Shown: positions 13,098 to 27,572, counted from the first letter of the stretch. The stretch: DNA of 64,000 nucleotides from Eledone cirrhosa (GCA_964016885.1 OZ024758.1:5518001-5582000); one strand, 5' to 3'. Numbers and translations: made by a program. The notes: generated by a model from the letters alone, not told the origin.

Positions 13098-14706
13098 AAT
13101 GTCGGTCTTCAATAAATAGAAAAATAATCTGTCCAATACTCACTACAATGAAATAATTGTTTCTTCTTTTGGCACAAGGCCAGCAATTACTCAGTGCATT
13201 ACTGGTACTTTATTTTATCGACCCTGTCAGGATGAAAGGCAAAGTAAACCTTGGCGGGATTTGAAATAATATCTGTTAAATATGTGTAAAATATGCTAAA
13301 TATTTAACATTTCACATAGAACTGTTCAACAGAATAACTTTTATAAATAACTAGATCACCCATGACCCGTTGGGTCACATTCAAAATATTTTTTAAATAA
13401 TTAGAATATACACAGACATGTATATAATGTGAAATGAAACTGGAAGGCCCATATATATGTGTGTGTATACATACATATATATATATGTATGTGGGTGTCT
13501 GTGATCTATATACACTGGTCATAGACACACTCATATATATATATATATACAAAACACCACCAGCTCTCTCTTCCATTCTCCTTCACTGTCTCTCTTTCAA
13601 TCTACTCTCTCTCTCTCTCTGTTTATGAAGGTACCCAGAAAACCCCATATCTCGGGAACCCGTGCTCCGATTTATGCGAAATTTGTTCTATTCCATTTGT
13701 ATTCCCATTTCAGGGTCAACTTCCTTTCAAAGTATTTTCCCATTATGTACCCTTTTGGCTGTATTACATTACAGACAAGCAAGCAATCACAGAGTTTTAG
13801 TAATATGTAGATAGATAGATTTCTACCTAAGATTCCTCGTTTTATTTATAGCCATCAGTGAACCTTGATAAAATGTAAACTTAGAAACATCTTGTCAATC
13901 TTGCCGAGTTTCATTTTCTTTCTCCAAAATAAAAAATAGATTGAGAATAGGTCAGGTTTTTTTTACTGTCTATTTTCAGCTTATAGACTGCCCCCAATAT
14001 ACTTTTGTTCATTTGTAACATCTGTACCGATGTTTTATAGATCCAGCTGTCACCTTCACTTGAAGTTTATATATTATTACTATCATTATGAAAAGAAACG
14101 GAAGGAGGAGAGTTTTATCTTTTGCATGGTTAACTTTGTCTTTTTAAAAGACTTTATTTTAATCCCTCTTTCGATTAAGTTAATGCAATACTGATCTACA
14201 AACCACGGTACACCTTGAAACTGAAGAGACACTGGCGTCTGCTTTATTGGCCGCTTTCACAAACATTGCAATTGTATTATATGTGGCAGAATTAGTCTAT
14301 GCCTCTTTCTCACTTCCATTCTCTCACTCTATCTTTCTCTGGAAGAGATCTGCTGTACTCAGGCCTGGAAAGGATATGCCGTAGAAATGTCATATGTTAA
14401 TATAGCTTCCCTACGACTTCCTCAGGAGTTGCGGGAAGAAAGAAAGCCAGTGAGGGGGATAGTAGAAAGTTATTCCAGCCTGGAAACCTGGTTCAAACGC
14501 TTCAACTAGATTGAATTCAAATAAAGACACTTAAAGCCGGGTAATGGTGTTAAAACAGATTATGTAAGTCTATCACTGACGAATAGGAACTATCCCTCAG
14601 GTGAAATCTGTAAACGAGAGGAAGCTAAAGTCTATACACGGGTGTCACCATCATAATATATCTTTCATTTTCAACGTATCAATATCAAAAGATAGTATTA
14701 GATTGC

Positions 14707-14851
14707 GTCATACATGACTTTTAATGGTCTGAAAAATGAAAGTAAATTTATTTTCATTTTCGAACGTCGTGTTTACATTTTGTGTGTGTGTTTAGATCTA
14801 AATTAGTTTCTGAGATTAAAGACAAAATCAGAGCCTCTGTCGTTTGAACTG

Positions 14852-14894
<43 letters not shown>

Positions 14895-15332
14895 AGTTGA
14901 CGGTTGAGAGAAGAGTACTCAATACCGAAGTAATCTTGTAAGGAGGCTTGCAGAATGGTGAGTCCGCCATTCTGGATGCTGCTGCCTTGTAGAAGTCCCA
15001 AATCGAAGCTGTGACACTCTCGTCCCCATCATTCAGCAAGGATTTTGCCAGGCAGCCGCATCATCTCCTATGGTTGGGGTTCCTATTCTGAAATTGAGGA
15101 AATTGAAGGTGGGATTTACGTTCATGATGTTGTGATGCACGAACGGAACTTTGTAGATCCTGCGGACCCTGATGTGCACACACAGCTCATAGAGAACACA
15201 TGGAGCCGTGCAAAGAAGAAGCTTCGTCGCCAGCATGTTTCGTTTAAACACACACACAAAATGTAAACACGACGTTCGAAAATGAAAATAAATTTACTTT
15301 CATTATTGCGACCGCTAAAAGTCATGTATGCC
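14707..15332 (+). mobile_element. Merlin (IS1595/IS1016-like) DNA transposon, internally deleted
   Basis: TIRs of about 85 bp (14707-~14793 and ~15243-15332, ending ...gtcatgtatgCC) with a perfect 9-bp TSD TTAGATTGC (14698-14706, 15333-15341). The internal frameshifted transposase fragment reads LVEVPNRSCDTLVPIIQ / LPGSRIISYGWGSY...HERNFVDP..VHTQLIENTWSRAKKKLR. Confidence 0.9.
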
Positions 15333-17768
15333 TTAGATTGCTACCTTTTTTTATTGACCTCGAATGCATAAAAGACAAAGTTGATTTCAGTGGGATTTGA
15401 ACACAGAGAGCAGAGAGCCGGAACAAATGCCAACGTTTTAACAACTGCGCCAAGTCGCCGCCTCATAAATTCTATTCTGAATCTTTTGAGATTTCCTGTA
15501 AGAAGGGAGATAACTCCAATTCCAAACCTTGTCAAGACAACAACAGGTATTCTCTCCTTTAAAAACAATGTCTTTTGTCATATATATATATTTATATATT
15601 TCTCAAGTCTTCGTTATTTTCGGTTGTTTATAATAGAACTACACGGTTCAGGCCTGATTTGATATAATTCGAACGTTTTATTTCAGATAACATTATTTTT
15701 TTTTATACATTGCTAACTTTTAAACCAGCGGGAGTAAAATTTTATTCAGTTATATAAATAACTTTACAAATATACATAAATAATGGTTTCTGATTAACGC
15801 ACAAGGCCAGCAATTTAGGGGAGGGGAAAGTCGATTAAATCGACCCCCGTAAGGATGAAAGGCAAAGTCAACCTCGGTGGGATTAAATATAATGTTGTTG
15901 ATAAACAAATATAAACGCATATAACAAATACAACCAACTATGGCCAGGAACCTTAGTGCACCTGTATACAATAATTTCATTATTATTATTATATGTCTTT
16001 TATACAACAGTGAATAAAACGTTTAGCTCTGTATATGAATACAATATACATATATTATAAATGATACACAGAAGAGTAAACATAATATATTTGTTTGGAT
16101 AAAATGACCTTTTTTTTTTGTAAAATTATGAATATAAAATTAAACAAATGACCTGAGCGAGAGAAAGAAAAAAAAAAAGCGGTGAAGCAAAAACAAAAAT
16201 GATCCTCAATTCACCAGCAAATGTGACAATCGGGGTCATATCATATCACAAGGGTCAACGGAACACTTTGATGCAAGCCAACACACTGGCAGCATTACCA
16301 CGGGTGATGGCGAGGCTAAGGCGTTGAAACAACCAAGCACCTTCACGAACATTCTCATACATAAATACGTATTTATCAATAAAAGAGTTTATTATATAAA
16401 GTCTTGGAATTCCGCAAACAGATTTATTCAAAGGACAGAAATAAAGAATGTTGTAACATAAACAGATAAAATGTTATTAATTATATTAATTATAATTAGC
16501 TAATGTTACTGAGAATACGGTGTAATGTTTGTCTAGTGGTACAAAACGAAGTCGAATTTCAGAGAATGGTTATATAATGTATCTTTTACACAAAGGGAGA
16601 AATTGGAAAACTTTTCTTGAAAACATTAAGGACGTTAGTGATAGGAAATAGATCTGATCGGAAATGTACATTTAATCACGAATTCACGAATTCGATTCCC
16701 ATGTTTTCGACATGGATACATTATTTATCTATTTATTTAATCAATTTAAAAGTCCGTACAGAGCTAGTAAGTCATGACAGACTACAGAAGATATCTAATA
16801 CCACTTACATATAAAACGATACAATTAAATAATACTACAATAGTTGTTTAACCCCAGGTCTCCCTTTATTGATCAAACCTATTTCACTGACCATTCCAGC
16901 GATGTCTCATTTACTTATTTAAGACGGCTGAGGAATATGTAGCTGCTATTTCTAGTAGGTCGAGCAGCCAAGTAACAGCTCCCTTTTTATAATAACTGTT
17001 TCTACTTTTGGCACAAGGCCCTCAGTAACCCAGTGCATTACTGGTACTTTATTTTATCGACCTCGTAAGGATGAAAGGCAAAGTTAACCTCGGCGGGATT
17101 TGAACTTAGAACGTAAGGGGCCATAACTCTATGCTGTAAAGCATGGTGTCTGACGCTCTACCGATACTGCCAATTCACCGCCCTGCCTTTTTATAATAAC
17201 GATTGGACAATGAATTGAATTTTTCGTATAAAAAAAGTCTACTTTTATTGTCAGCCGGGGAAGGCAGTGGGAATTATGTCAGTGTAGTATCAGACACAAG
17301 GTTTATTGCTCACACAACAAATCGACTGTTTAAACTTACCTCTTCCACTCCACTTTTAACAGCCGCCAAGTGCAAACATTTCTCTAACTCTAGCCAACAC
17401 ACGAGTCTCCACGTGATCTGCTAGAAATAGCAGCCAAATGCCAAATCTCTTCCCTAAACTATACCTTGTCTTAGGAAAAGTTAGATAATTTGATCCTCAA
17501 TATACTCTGCTTTAAATTACGGGCAAGCAACATCAAAGGATATATATATATATTTAAGAGTTAAACAAGATTCAATGAATAGATCAAAGAATGAGTTTTA
17601 CAATAGATTGGAAGCACTCTACTGTAAATATTTTCAAGAGTTATTAATATTAATTCCAAATATTAACAAAATAGATATTCTTGTGATCAATTATATTTTA
17701 TTATACATATTTCAGAGGTACTGAATTAAGTTCAACAGTACCATGTCAGGGTATGTCATGTATCATTT

Positions 17769-17835
17769 TATTTTATCTGATGAAGACGTACTGTTGAACT
17801 TAATTCAGTACCTCTGAAATATGTATAATAAAATA
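17769..17835 (+). ncRNA. Minimal type I hammerhead ribozyme (family 1)
   Basis: Stem I TATTTTAT/ATAAAATA, core CTGATGA, stem II AGA-c-GTACTG...CAGTAC-c-TCT, GAAA, palindromic short stem III (A)TATGTA(T), and cleavage triplet AUA ending at 17827. Confidence 0.75.
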
Positions 17836-17922
17836 TAACTCTTGAAAATATTTATAGTAGAGTGCTTCCAATCTATTGTAAAACTCATTCTTTGATGTAT
17901 TCATTGAATCTTGTTTAACTCT

Positions 17923-17955
<33 letters not shown>

Positions 17956-18678
17956 CCAAAATATAATAAATGAATCAAGCATATTTCATATAGAATGGTC
18001 CTTATACTGTGTTTTCTGTAGCATAACATCCTTCCTTTTGTAACTCCTGCTTTTCTATATGATGTCAATAGTTATGTATCTATATAAATGTTCTGAAGGC
18101 TAGGATTTTAATTACCTGTTTAAACATTGTGTATGCTCCAATGATTCCGATGTCTGGAAGAAACAATTGTCAGCAATTAAATGTATTAAACTAAGATTTG
18201 ATTGTTTTATATTTTGTATCTTGCCTCTAATACATTTGATAATTTGCATTGAGCCTTTTCTCTTACTGGTAATTAGTTAGTGCTTAGTACTACCCTACAT
18301 ATTTATAATTATATATAAACCATATATAAGTATAAATATTATTATTATTGCTATATATATATATACAAGTTAATATAAATTAATATATGATAAACACGTG
18401 TTTGTATTGTAAATGACCAAGTTAAATCAATAAAAACAAACCCATATTGGCAATATGGGTTTGTTTTTATTGATTTATTATTTTAAATCGAGACAGGCAA
18501 ACTATATTTATTTTAATTAGTATATTTCATTCTAGCTAACTTGGTCATTTACAATACAAACACTTATGTGTTTATCATATATTAATTTATATTAACTTGT
18601 ATTTCACGGCTCAGAAATGCTTCTTTCTTTGAGCTAATTAATTGTAAAGGACTGTTTGGGTTTATAACTCTAAATATA

Positions 18679-18722
<44 letters not shown>

Positions 18723-19142
18723 CATGCTTTGTCACTTTTTAATATATATATATGTATGTTTATATATATATATTTATATATTTCAAATTTAATATAGAAA
18801 TGGACTAGAACTGTTTCATTCAGTTCTAGTCTTACAGAAGCAATTACCATATTAAATTTGATGTTTACACTCTACTAATGTATTGAGTACTTTACTGTGG
18901 TTACCTCTGAGTGAACCTGGGACTATATATATCATTTTACGTCTGCTTTTCCCTACTTGCAAGGGTGGGAAGGGTCCTCTTCAGCACACATGTGTATATG
19001 TGTGTATGTGAGCATGTTCTTAAATAGTATTTAAATATTGTAATATTTATAATCTTTTGTTGTCTAGGTTGTGCAAGGATGACAATGATGAAGGATCTGT
19101 TTCATTGACTACTGCACCTCTTCAAATGTTTTATTTACAACA

Positions 19143-19661
19143 ATGACAGTATTTAGAGTGTTAACCCCTGGTATCAGGATGATAGGAACTCCAGCCTTGA
19201 ACTTCTGTTATTCTCTAAACAGCAGTCACCGTGAACTTGTCTTTTGTCAAACATGTCAGCATCTTGTTCCACAGAAAATTGGTCATACATCTCGAGAAAT
19301 TACCATCAAATCAAATCATTTTAATAACTCAGAAAAAGAACCTTCTCAAAACAAAGAATCCTCAGAAGGTGGAACTTGTTCAAATTTTGACAAAGAATTT
19401 TATGATGAAAAGAAATTAAATGAAGAGAATTTAGGGCTGGAAAAGAATCCTTCCACTAAAATAACAAGAACTCCCCCTAGTCCTCCGACAACCTGCTGTA
19501 TGAGTGGCTGTGCCAATTGTGTTTGGATTCAATATGCTGAGGAAATGAAAGAATTCTACAGTTTGGATGGCATAGAGAAGGCTTTGAAGGAGATTGAAAC
19601 TATTGAAGACGTCAGCTTGAAAGCCTTTCTAAAATTAGAACTGAGTTTCTTGAAAAAATAA
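19143..19661 (+). CDS. OXLD1: Oxidoreductase-like domain-containing protein 1, single coding exon
   Basis: 172-aa ORF with PPSPPTTCCMSGCANCVWIQYAEE...IEDVSLKAFLKLEL, the Oxidored-like family signature. A splice acceptor (ttttgttgtctag) ends at 19068 just upstream. A possible 5' UTR donor lies at 16766|gtaagt. Confidence 0.92.
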   Translation: MTVFRVLTPGIRMIGTPALNFCYSLNSSHRELVFCQTCQHLVPQKIGHTSREITIKSNHFNNSEKEPSQNKESSEGGTCSNFDKEFYDEKKLNEENLGLEKNPSTKITRTPPSPPTTCCMSGCANCVWIQYAEEMKEFYSLDGIEKALKEIETIEDVSLKAFLKLELSFLKK

Positions 19662-21373
19662 CTATCCTTGGCATTAATGATATTTTATGTTTGTCATAGG
19701 AAATATGCTGTGGTGTCTTGAAAATAAACTCAACACATGAAAACACTGAACAATTCATCATCATTACTGTTTAATGTACATTTTTCCACGCTAGCATGGG
19801 TTAAACAAATGATTCTGGCTTGGTTTCTACAGCTGGGTGCCATTTCTAACACCAACCACATTTAGAGTGTGGATTGGGTGCTTTTTATAGTGAGGGCTGT
19901 GGGCTTCATTGTGGTATAGCTTTAGTTAAATTATACATATATATGTATATGTATAGCGTTAGTTAAACTATATATATATATATATGTATGTATAGTGTTA
20001 GTTAAACTATATATATATATGTCTATGTATAGCTTTAGTTAAACAACCGTGTGAGCAAGACACAGTCACTGCATACAACTTGCCTTAAACAGGACAACCC
20101 ATCTAACCCATGTTAGTATGGAAAAATGGACATTAAACAATGATGATGAGTTCAATAAGACGTCCACAGGAAAGGATCACTATCAATAGTTTGTCTTTTA
20201 CAAGCTCTCAGGTCCTACAATAATGTAATTTATTCCAGTTTCTTGTTTGAAAAAAAATAATAAACAAACTTCGGCCTCCAGGACGCATGGTAGATTTTTG
20301 AGACTTATTTTAGGAGAAAAGTAGCATTTTCAACGCCGCGAAATATGGTAGTTACCTGGTGTTCTTTGTTGTTGTTTCTTTTGTACTAATATTTCAGGAC
20401 TTAAAATTCCCTTCTTCAGAGTATAAGAAACTCTGAGAAAAATGTTCTAGTCTGTTCTCTTTGGAATTAGATTTAGATACGAGCGAGACACGGTCACCCG
20501 ACCAATCTTGCCTCAAGTGGGACAATCCCGTCTACCCATGCTAGCGTGGAAGATGGACGTTAAACAATGATGATGATTTAAATTTTATAAACCTCTTTCA
20601 AGCGTTGTTTGATGTTTGCTTTAGTATTCATGAGAAGCTGGAGGATGACATCTATTGGTGATGAGTTCAATAAGACATCTGCAGGAAAGGATCACCATCA
20701 ACAGTTTGTCTTTTACAAGTTCTCAGGTCCTACAATAATGTAATTTATTCCAGTTTTTTGTTTGTAATATATTGATATTAAAACTGATTATTTCTGTCTA
20801 AACAAATATGTTTTGGTTTTATTTTTAAACCTTTTAAAACAATTTTCTTGTGTAAATTGTTGTTTAGGTTGCATGTGGGTGTGTCCTTTTATGTCAAGTA
20901 TTGTGTGCTGAGTTCCATTCTGTTATTGATTTCTGGGTTAACTCTGAGAAAGGTGGTTGGATGACATCAATGAGCTCGGCTGGTCTCGCTTGGGGATCCA
21001 GCCGGATAAATTGGAAACAGTTACTTCCAAGCCGACCTGCTGGAAAGTGTGTTTGATGACTCTGTTGTCCCCACGATCCTCCCAGGAATAAGATGAGGAG
21101 GAAGAGAAAAAGATTTTCTATGTCTTATATCTATGTTTTGAGTTTACTCAAGAAAAATATCGAAAAAAAAATACATTTAAACAAAATAAAAATTAAAAAA
21201 ATCAAATGTCATTCTTTATTTCACATTTTGTAACATTATTTCTGTTATTATGTTGAATGCTAGTTAGTATTTTACAAACAGAATATGTATGGAACAGACA
21301 GAGGAAGAAAAAACCATAGGAATTTTCTATCACATGTTGAATATGAAAGATCAAAAGACCACAGGAGAACAGT

Positions 21374-24300
21374 TCACAAGGCTTTGTTGGAAATGTGGGA
21401 AGTAATTGGAGGTAAACAAAAGTCACCAGGTAAAGTGGCTATGTTGTGTAATCTCTCACCTTCAGTCATATCACTTATTTTACTTAATTCCCCCGGATCA
21501 TATGTATAGTTTGAAGGCTTTAATTGCTAAAAGAAAAGAGAAAATATGTATAATAAAGTTAACTGCAAAAGGATGAAAAGAATGAAGTAATGACTGAGAA
21601 AATATTAAAAAGTAACAGAGCTTCCATTACAGTTTTAGGATGGGGGGGGTACATGTGTATTAATATTATTATTATTATAGGGCGCTTGCCCTGGTGGTCA
21701 GGATGGCCATAGTCTTTTGTCACCACGAGTGACCCTCGGAGGTTTCCCCCCTTTTTGGGGAATTTTTGTTGTTTGAATTTTTTTTAAATTTGTTTTTACA
21801 CATTTCTATCTTCTTGTTATAACCTTTTTACAGGGCCAAAACCCACTTTGTATCGTCCTGTGCCGTCTGTAATGTTTTTCTTCATGTTAGCCCTTGTGGC
21901 CAATAAAAAAACCATTATTATTATTATTAACTCACGTTTTTTATCATCAATACGAGACTAATAAAGAACTTAAAAACATGTATATGCAATAATAAGGATT
22001 AGGCAAGTGGAGAATTTTTACTTACTGTGTATATATATATATAAATGTAATCTGATTTTTTCGAATATTAATAATAATATTCGATTTATTTTCAATTATG
22101 CAAACAGCCTCTTTAAGCCATGTCAGTAGAATGACCCGTTCATTCTTGCTCTTGTGTTGGCATATAAACAGAACTGCAGACACTGTTTCTGGGTGATTAC
22201 CCTTCATCAGTACAGTATACTGCTTGCCAACTGATATGCAAATCTGGCTGATCAGTGGGTCTGCTAATATGCAGATATGACTGATCAGGCAGTCTGCTAA
22301 TATGTAAATCAGGCCGATCGGACACTGTATATTTTAGAAAATATCATATATTTTCACTAGCTCTGACAGTTGATGATGATGACATCATCATCATCATCGT
22401 TTAACGTCCATTTTTGCATGCTTGCATGGGTTGTCACATTATAAAACAAGTCAAGTCCAGAGACCAACTTGCTCATACAGATCTGTATAAGGCTTGGTTT
22501 CTACAGCTGGATGTCCTTCCTAACACCAACCACATTACAGTGTGACAACAATGTTTCCGTTAGCCATTCAACCAAGTTCTGCTCAACTATGGTAGAAGAC
22601 ACTTGCCCAAGATGCTATGCAGTGGGATCAAAATCCAGAAATATACGGTTATTAAGTGTACTTCTTAACCAGACCTCAATACTTGATACATGATATAATT
22701 CAATACTTGATACATGATATAATACTCACCAGTTTAGGCCCAGATTTTGTAGTTTTCTCATCATTGATTTTGACACCAGGAACTAGTTCAATTGACTCCA
22801 TCTGTTAAATAGAAAAGAAAAAAGAGAATTAACAATCGGATACTGCATGTTTTTTCTATATTTAAAGTCACTACTCTTTTCCAAGCTTTTGAGAAGATGT
22901 CTATCTTTAAAATAATAATGAAATTATTGTGTAAAGTGCTCAGGTGCACTACAACTCGTCAATATAGTACATAGAATAATACACAAATGTCAGGGAAGTA
23001 CATCTTTGTATGTGTTAGCTGTAGTGTTGGCGGATCTCGGGAAGCATGGAGGCCTTAAAGGATGTAGTGTCTCGACAGCTAACAACTGATGCAGGTAGTT
23101 TGTTCCATGCTTCAGCAACTCTGAGCGTGAAAAAATGTTTCCGAAAGTCATGGGAACTGTGCTGTTTTCTTACTTTGTGGGCATGTCCACATATTTGCTG
23201 ATTATATATGTTACTCCTAGCTACATGTATATATGTCTGTATATGTTTAGTCTTGCTTACACAGGACTATTTCTGGCTTTGTTTCTATGGCTGGTTGCCC
23301 TTCCTAACACCAACCACATTACAGTCATATAGGCAGGATTGGAATTATACACAGCTATAATAATAATAATAATAATGAAATTATTGTGTACAGATGTCAG
23401 GAAAGTGAACAGTGTATGAGTCATTATTATTATTTATAGAACAACACTTCCATTCATTTCAGTGGGAAACAATTATTTTTCCTCGTATTTTTTTCCTTGT
23501 GCTATCAATTAAACTTTTCTCTGAATATGCTGTAATGCAGGCATGTCAAACGAGCAACCCGCAGGCTGCATGTGGCCCTTTACAAGCACACCTGCGGCCC
23601 GTACATAAGTTTTTACAGCATGAGCGTAATACAGAATAAAAAATATTAGTTGTAATGAGCGCAATTAGTTGTCATGTGTGGCCCTCAGACAACACATATG
23701 TGACCCATGTGGCCCTCAGACAACACATATGTGACCCATGTGGCCCTTAGGCAACACATATGTGACCCATGTGGCCCTCAGGCAACACATATGTGACCCA
23801 TGTGGCCCTTAGACAACACATATGTGACCCATGTGGCCCTTAGGCAACACATATGTGACCCATGTGGCCCTCAGACAACACACATGTGACCCATGTGGCC
23901 CTCAGACAACACATATGTGACCCATGTGGCCCTCAGACAACACATATGTGACCCATGTGGCCCTCAGACAACACATATGTGACCCTCAGGAGACCCTCAG
24001 TTTCACATGCCTGCTGTAATGGACTTTTTCAACCAAACACTGAGTTGATGGAAGTACATCTTGACTAATATCAAAGTGTGAAAAGAGATTTACATGTGTA
24101 GCAAGAAGTACCTCAGAATCGTCTAACCCATGCTAGCGTGGAAGATGGACGTTAAACGATGATGATGATGATGATGGCGATTTGGTGGTGGTGGTGATGA
24201 TGATGATGATGATGATGCACTGCCATGAGAAAGTGTTGAAAGTACAAAGACAAGCTATAAATTGATGTGTGACACAACAACAACAACAACATATGACCCA

Positions 24301-27300
24301 GACACAACATATGACCCAGAAATTAAGAATATGGTGCTATACTGAGTGGGTTAGCTCAAGTCAATGAGGGAGTTTATACAAGGTCACTCAACCCGTTAGA
24401 AATAGCAACCAAATATCCTTTGGATCATACTTTATTGAAAAACTATATTGAGTCTTTACATCTTTGACAATTAAGTTTGCTCAACCAGGTTTGAATTGGT
24501 TAACCCTTTAGCATTTACATTACTCTATATATACTATTGTATTTTCACAGTAAAGGCTTTACCTCACATAATATTTACATTACTCTATATATACTATTGT
24601 ATTTTCACAGTAAAGGCTTTACCTCACATAACATTTACATTACTCTATGTTTACTACTGTATTTTCACAGTAAAGCTTTATCTCGCATAATATCTCACAT
24701 AATATCGAATCAATGAGATTTTGATATTATTTATTTTGAGAAAAATACCTTAACATAAGTATGAGTGGCCAGTTACAGCCAATTTGAACAGAAAGAGGTG
24801 AGAGAATTGTGGCCGGTTATGGCCAGTTTAAATGCTAAAGGGTTAAGTTATAAATATGTGAATATTTTCTGGATAAATATGTGAATATTTTAAATTATAA
24901 ATATGTGAATATTTTAAGTTATAAATATGTGAAATTACTGAAAGAATGTCAATAAGGTTATTACAATGTTCAAGAGTTTTCACATAAAACAAGAAATGAT
25001 GATCATCATCATTTAACATCCATTTTTCCACACTTGCATGGGTTAGCCAGGTTGCCCTGTTACGAGACCAGTCAGGTCAGGTGACAACATACATACACAA
25101 ACATTCACTTTATGAGGATTCTTAAAAATACTGATCTTACCAGTGACAAGAAATTTGATGATAATACAAATTCCGATGTGCCAAAATGATTATTTTTCTT
25201 TGGTGATTTACCTGTAAAGGAAATAAGAAATATTGCTAATTTTTCACCCAGTATTTGGTCCCAGATGTGTGTTTTTTTCTTTTCTCTTCCTTTTTTTTTG
25301 TTTACCCTCTCCCTTTCCTTTATATTATATTTTTTGTATTTTTGTTCTATAAGCATTGTATTATTATATCTCTAAGGTAGAGCGTCAGACACCATGCTTT
25401 ATAGCATAGAGTTATGACCCTTTACGTTCTGAGTTCAAATTCCACCGAGGTTAACTTTGCTTTTCATCCTTACAGGATCAATAAAATAAAGTACCAGTAA
25501 TGTACTAGGGTCGATTTAATTGACTTTCCCCTCCCCCCAAATTACTGGCCTTGTGCCTATACTAGAAATCATTATTATATCTTTTTTTATACAACAGATT
25601 TATTTATATTAAGAAATGTATGTAATTAAACTTTAATATGTAAAAAAAATTGCATAATAAAATGGAATTAAACAAATAATTGATGAAACTTTTAGAATAT
25701 TTAAAGATGATATATTTGTTTAATCCTTTAGCATTTACATTACTCCATATATACTATTGTAGTTTCACAGTAAAGGCTTTACCTCACATAACATTTACAT
25801 TACTCTATATTTACTATTATATTTTCATGGTAAAGACTTTAATATCGAATCTATGAGATTTTGATATTATTTATTTTAATAACAATACCTTAACATCAGT
25901 ATGAGCAGCCAATTACAGCTGGTTTGAACAGAAAGAGGTGAGAGGATTCTGGCCGGATATGGCCGGTTTAAATACTAAAGGCTTAAACCATTAAACTAAG
26001 AGTCTGTGACAACTCTTTACTGTAGAATATTTTTCAATTACCTTGTTGTTTTCTTCGAAATATATATTTGTTAAACATTTTATTTTCTGGATATTTAAAT
26101 GATTTTGCTGGTTTTGTTGTCTTTTTAGGAGATGTACATTCTTGAATATGGTATTTAACCCTGACTCTGAAAAAAATAATATTTGGAAATATTATTAGAA
26201 ATTGTGAACTTTTTGCTGGGTGAAGAAGTGACAGGAAATCCCAGTGGAAGGAAGCCACAGTAGAGGTAGACCAGGGAGGACTTAGGCAGAGGTGGTGAGA
26301 GTTGATCTCAAATCACTGAGACTCACAAAGAAGACAATGATGGAATGTAGTGAGTGAAGAGATGTTGTGCTGAAGAGTACCTGTGCAGGGGAGATCCTGT
26401 GCTGAAGAGGACCTGTCCAGGAGAGATGCTATGCTGAAGAGGACCTGCCCAGGAGAGATCCTGTGCTGAAGAGGACCTGTCCAGGAGAGATGCTATGCTG
26501 AAGAGGACCTGTCCAGGAGAGATGCTATGCTGAAGAGGACCTGTGCAGGGGAGATGCTATGCTGAAGAAGACCTGTCCAACCCATGCAAGCATGGAAAAA
26601 AGAATGTAAAAACACTGAAGATTATGATGATTATTCAGTCTCTCCCTTCTCCCTTTCTGACATTCCTTGCCTTTTCCTCTCATTTATAGCCTTTATAGTC
26701 TTCCCCAATGAAACTTTGTTTTTCTGTATGTTTGACTAAAAATTAAATTTTTTTATTATTTTCATGTAATTTTATATTAGGAATTTCTTTGAGAATTTTG
26801 AAATAAAATAATCTATTAGTTATTTTCTGGTTCGCTACCCATCATCATCCTCGCCGCTTTACCTCCATTTTTTCATGCTAGCATGGGTTAGAGAAGTTGT
26901 TCCGTTGTGAGACAAACCAGGTCAGATGACCATGTCTTGCTCATACAAAACTGGTCTTGGCTTGGTTTCTACTGTTGGGTGCCCTTCCTAACACCAACCA
27001 CATTTACAGTGTGGGCTGGTTACTTTTTGTCATGACACCTACACGACCACTCTACAGTGTGGGCTGGGTACTTTTTGTCATGAGACCTACACAACCATTT
27101 TACAGTGTGGACTGGATACTTTTTGTCATGACACCTACACGACCACTCTACAGTGTGGGCTGGGTACTTTTTGTCATGAGACCTACACAACCATTTTACA
27201 GTGTGGACTGGATACTTTTTGTCATGACACCTACATGACCACTTTACAGTGTTGACTGGGTACTTTTTGTTGTGACACATCATCATCATCATGACACCTA

Positions 27301-27572
27301 TATGACAACTTTTAGAGGGTGGACTTAGTATGTTTTGTCTTGTCACCATCACTACCAGAAAAAAATAAAATTTATATATAAGATGCGATTTCTGTTTTCC
27401 AATACATACCGATTGGATGGAAGTTGATCTGGGTTCAATCTGCTCATCCCTATAATGTTTCCATCATGGTCAGTAACTAGATCTTTACCGTCAAATGCTT
27501 TTAGAGAATCCTGGCAATCAATGGAGAAAAAACAGAAAATTACAAGAAAATATATTAATATGTTATTATTAT

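Noticed and set aside
13625-13815. Possible Helitron-like non-autonomous element
   Set aside because: Single copy in the window with no clear terminal hairpin; insufficient evidence.
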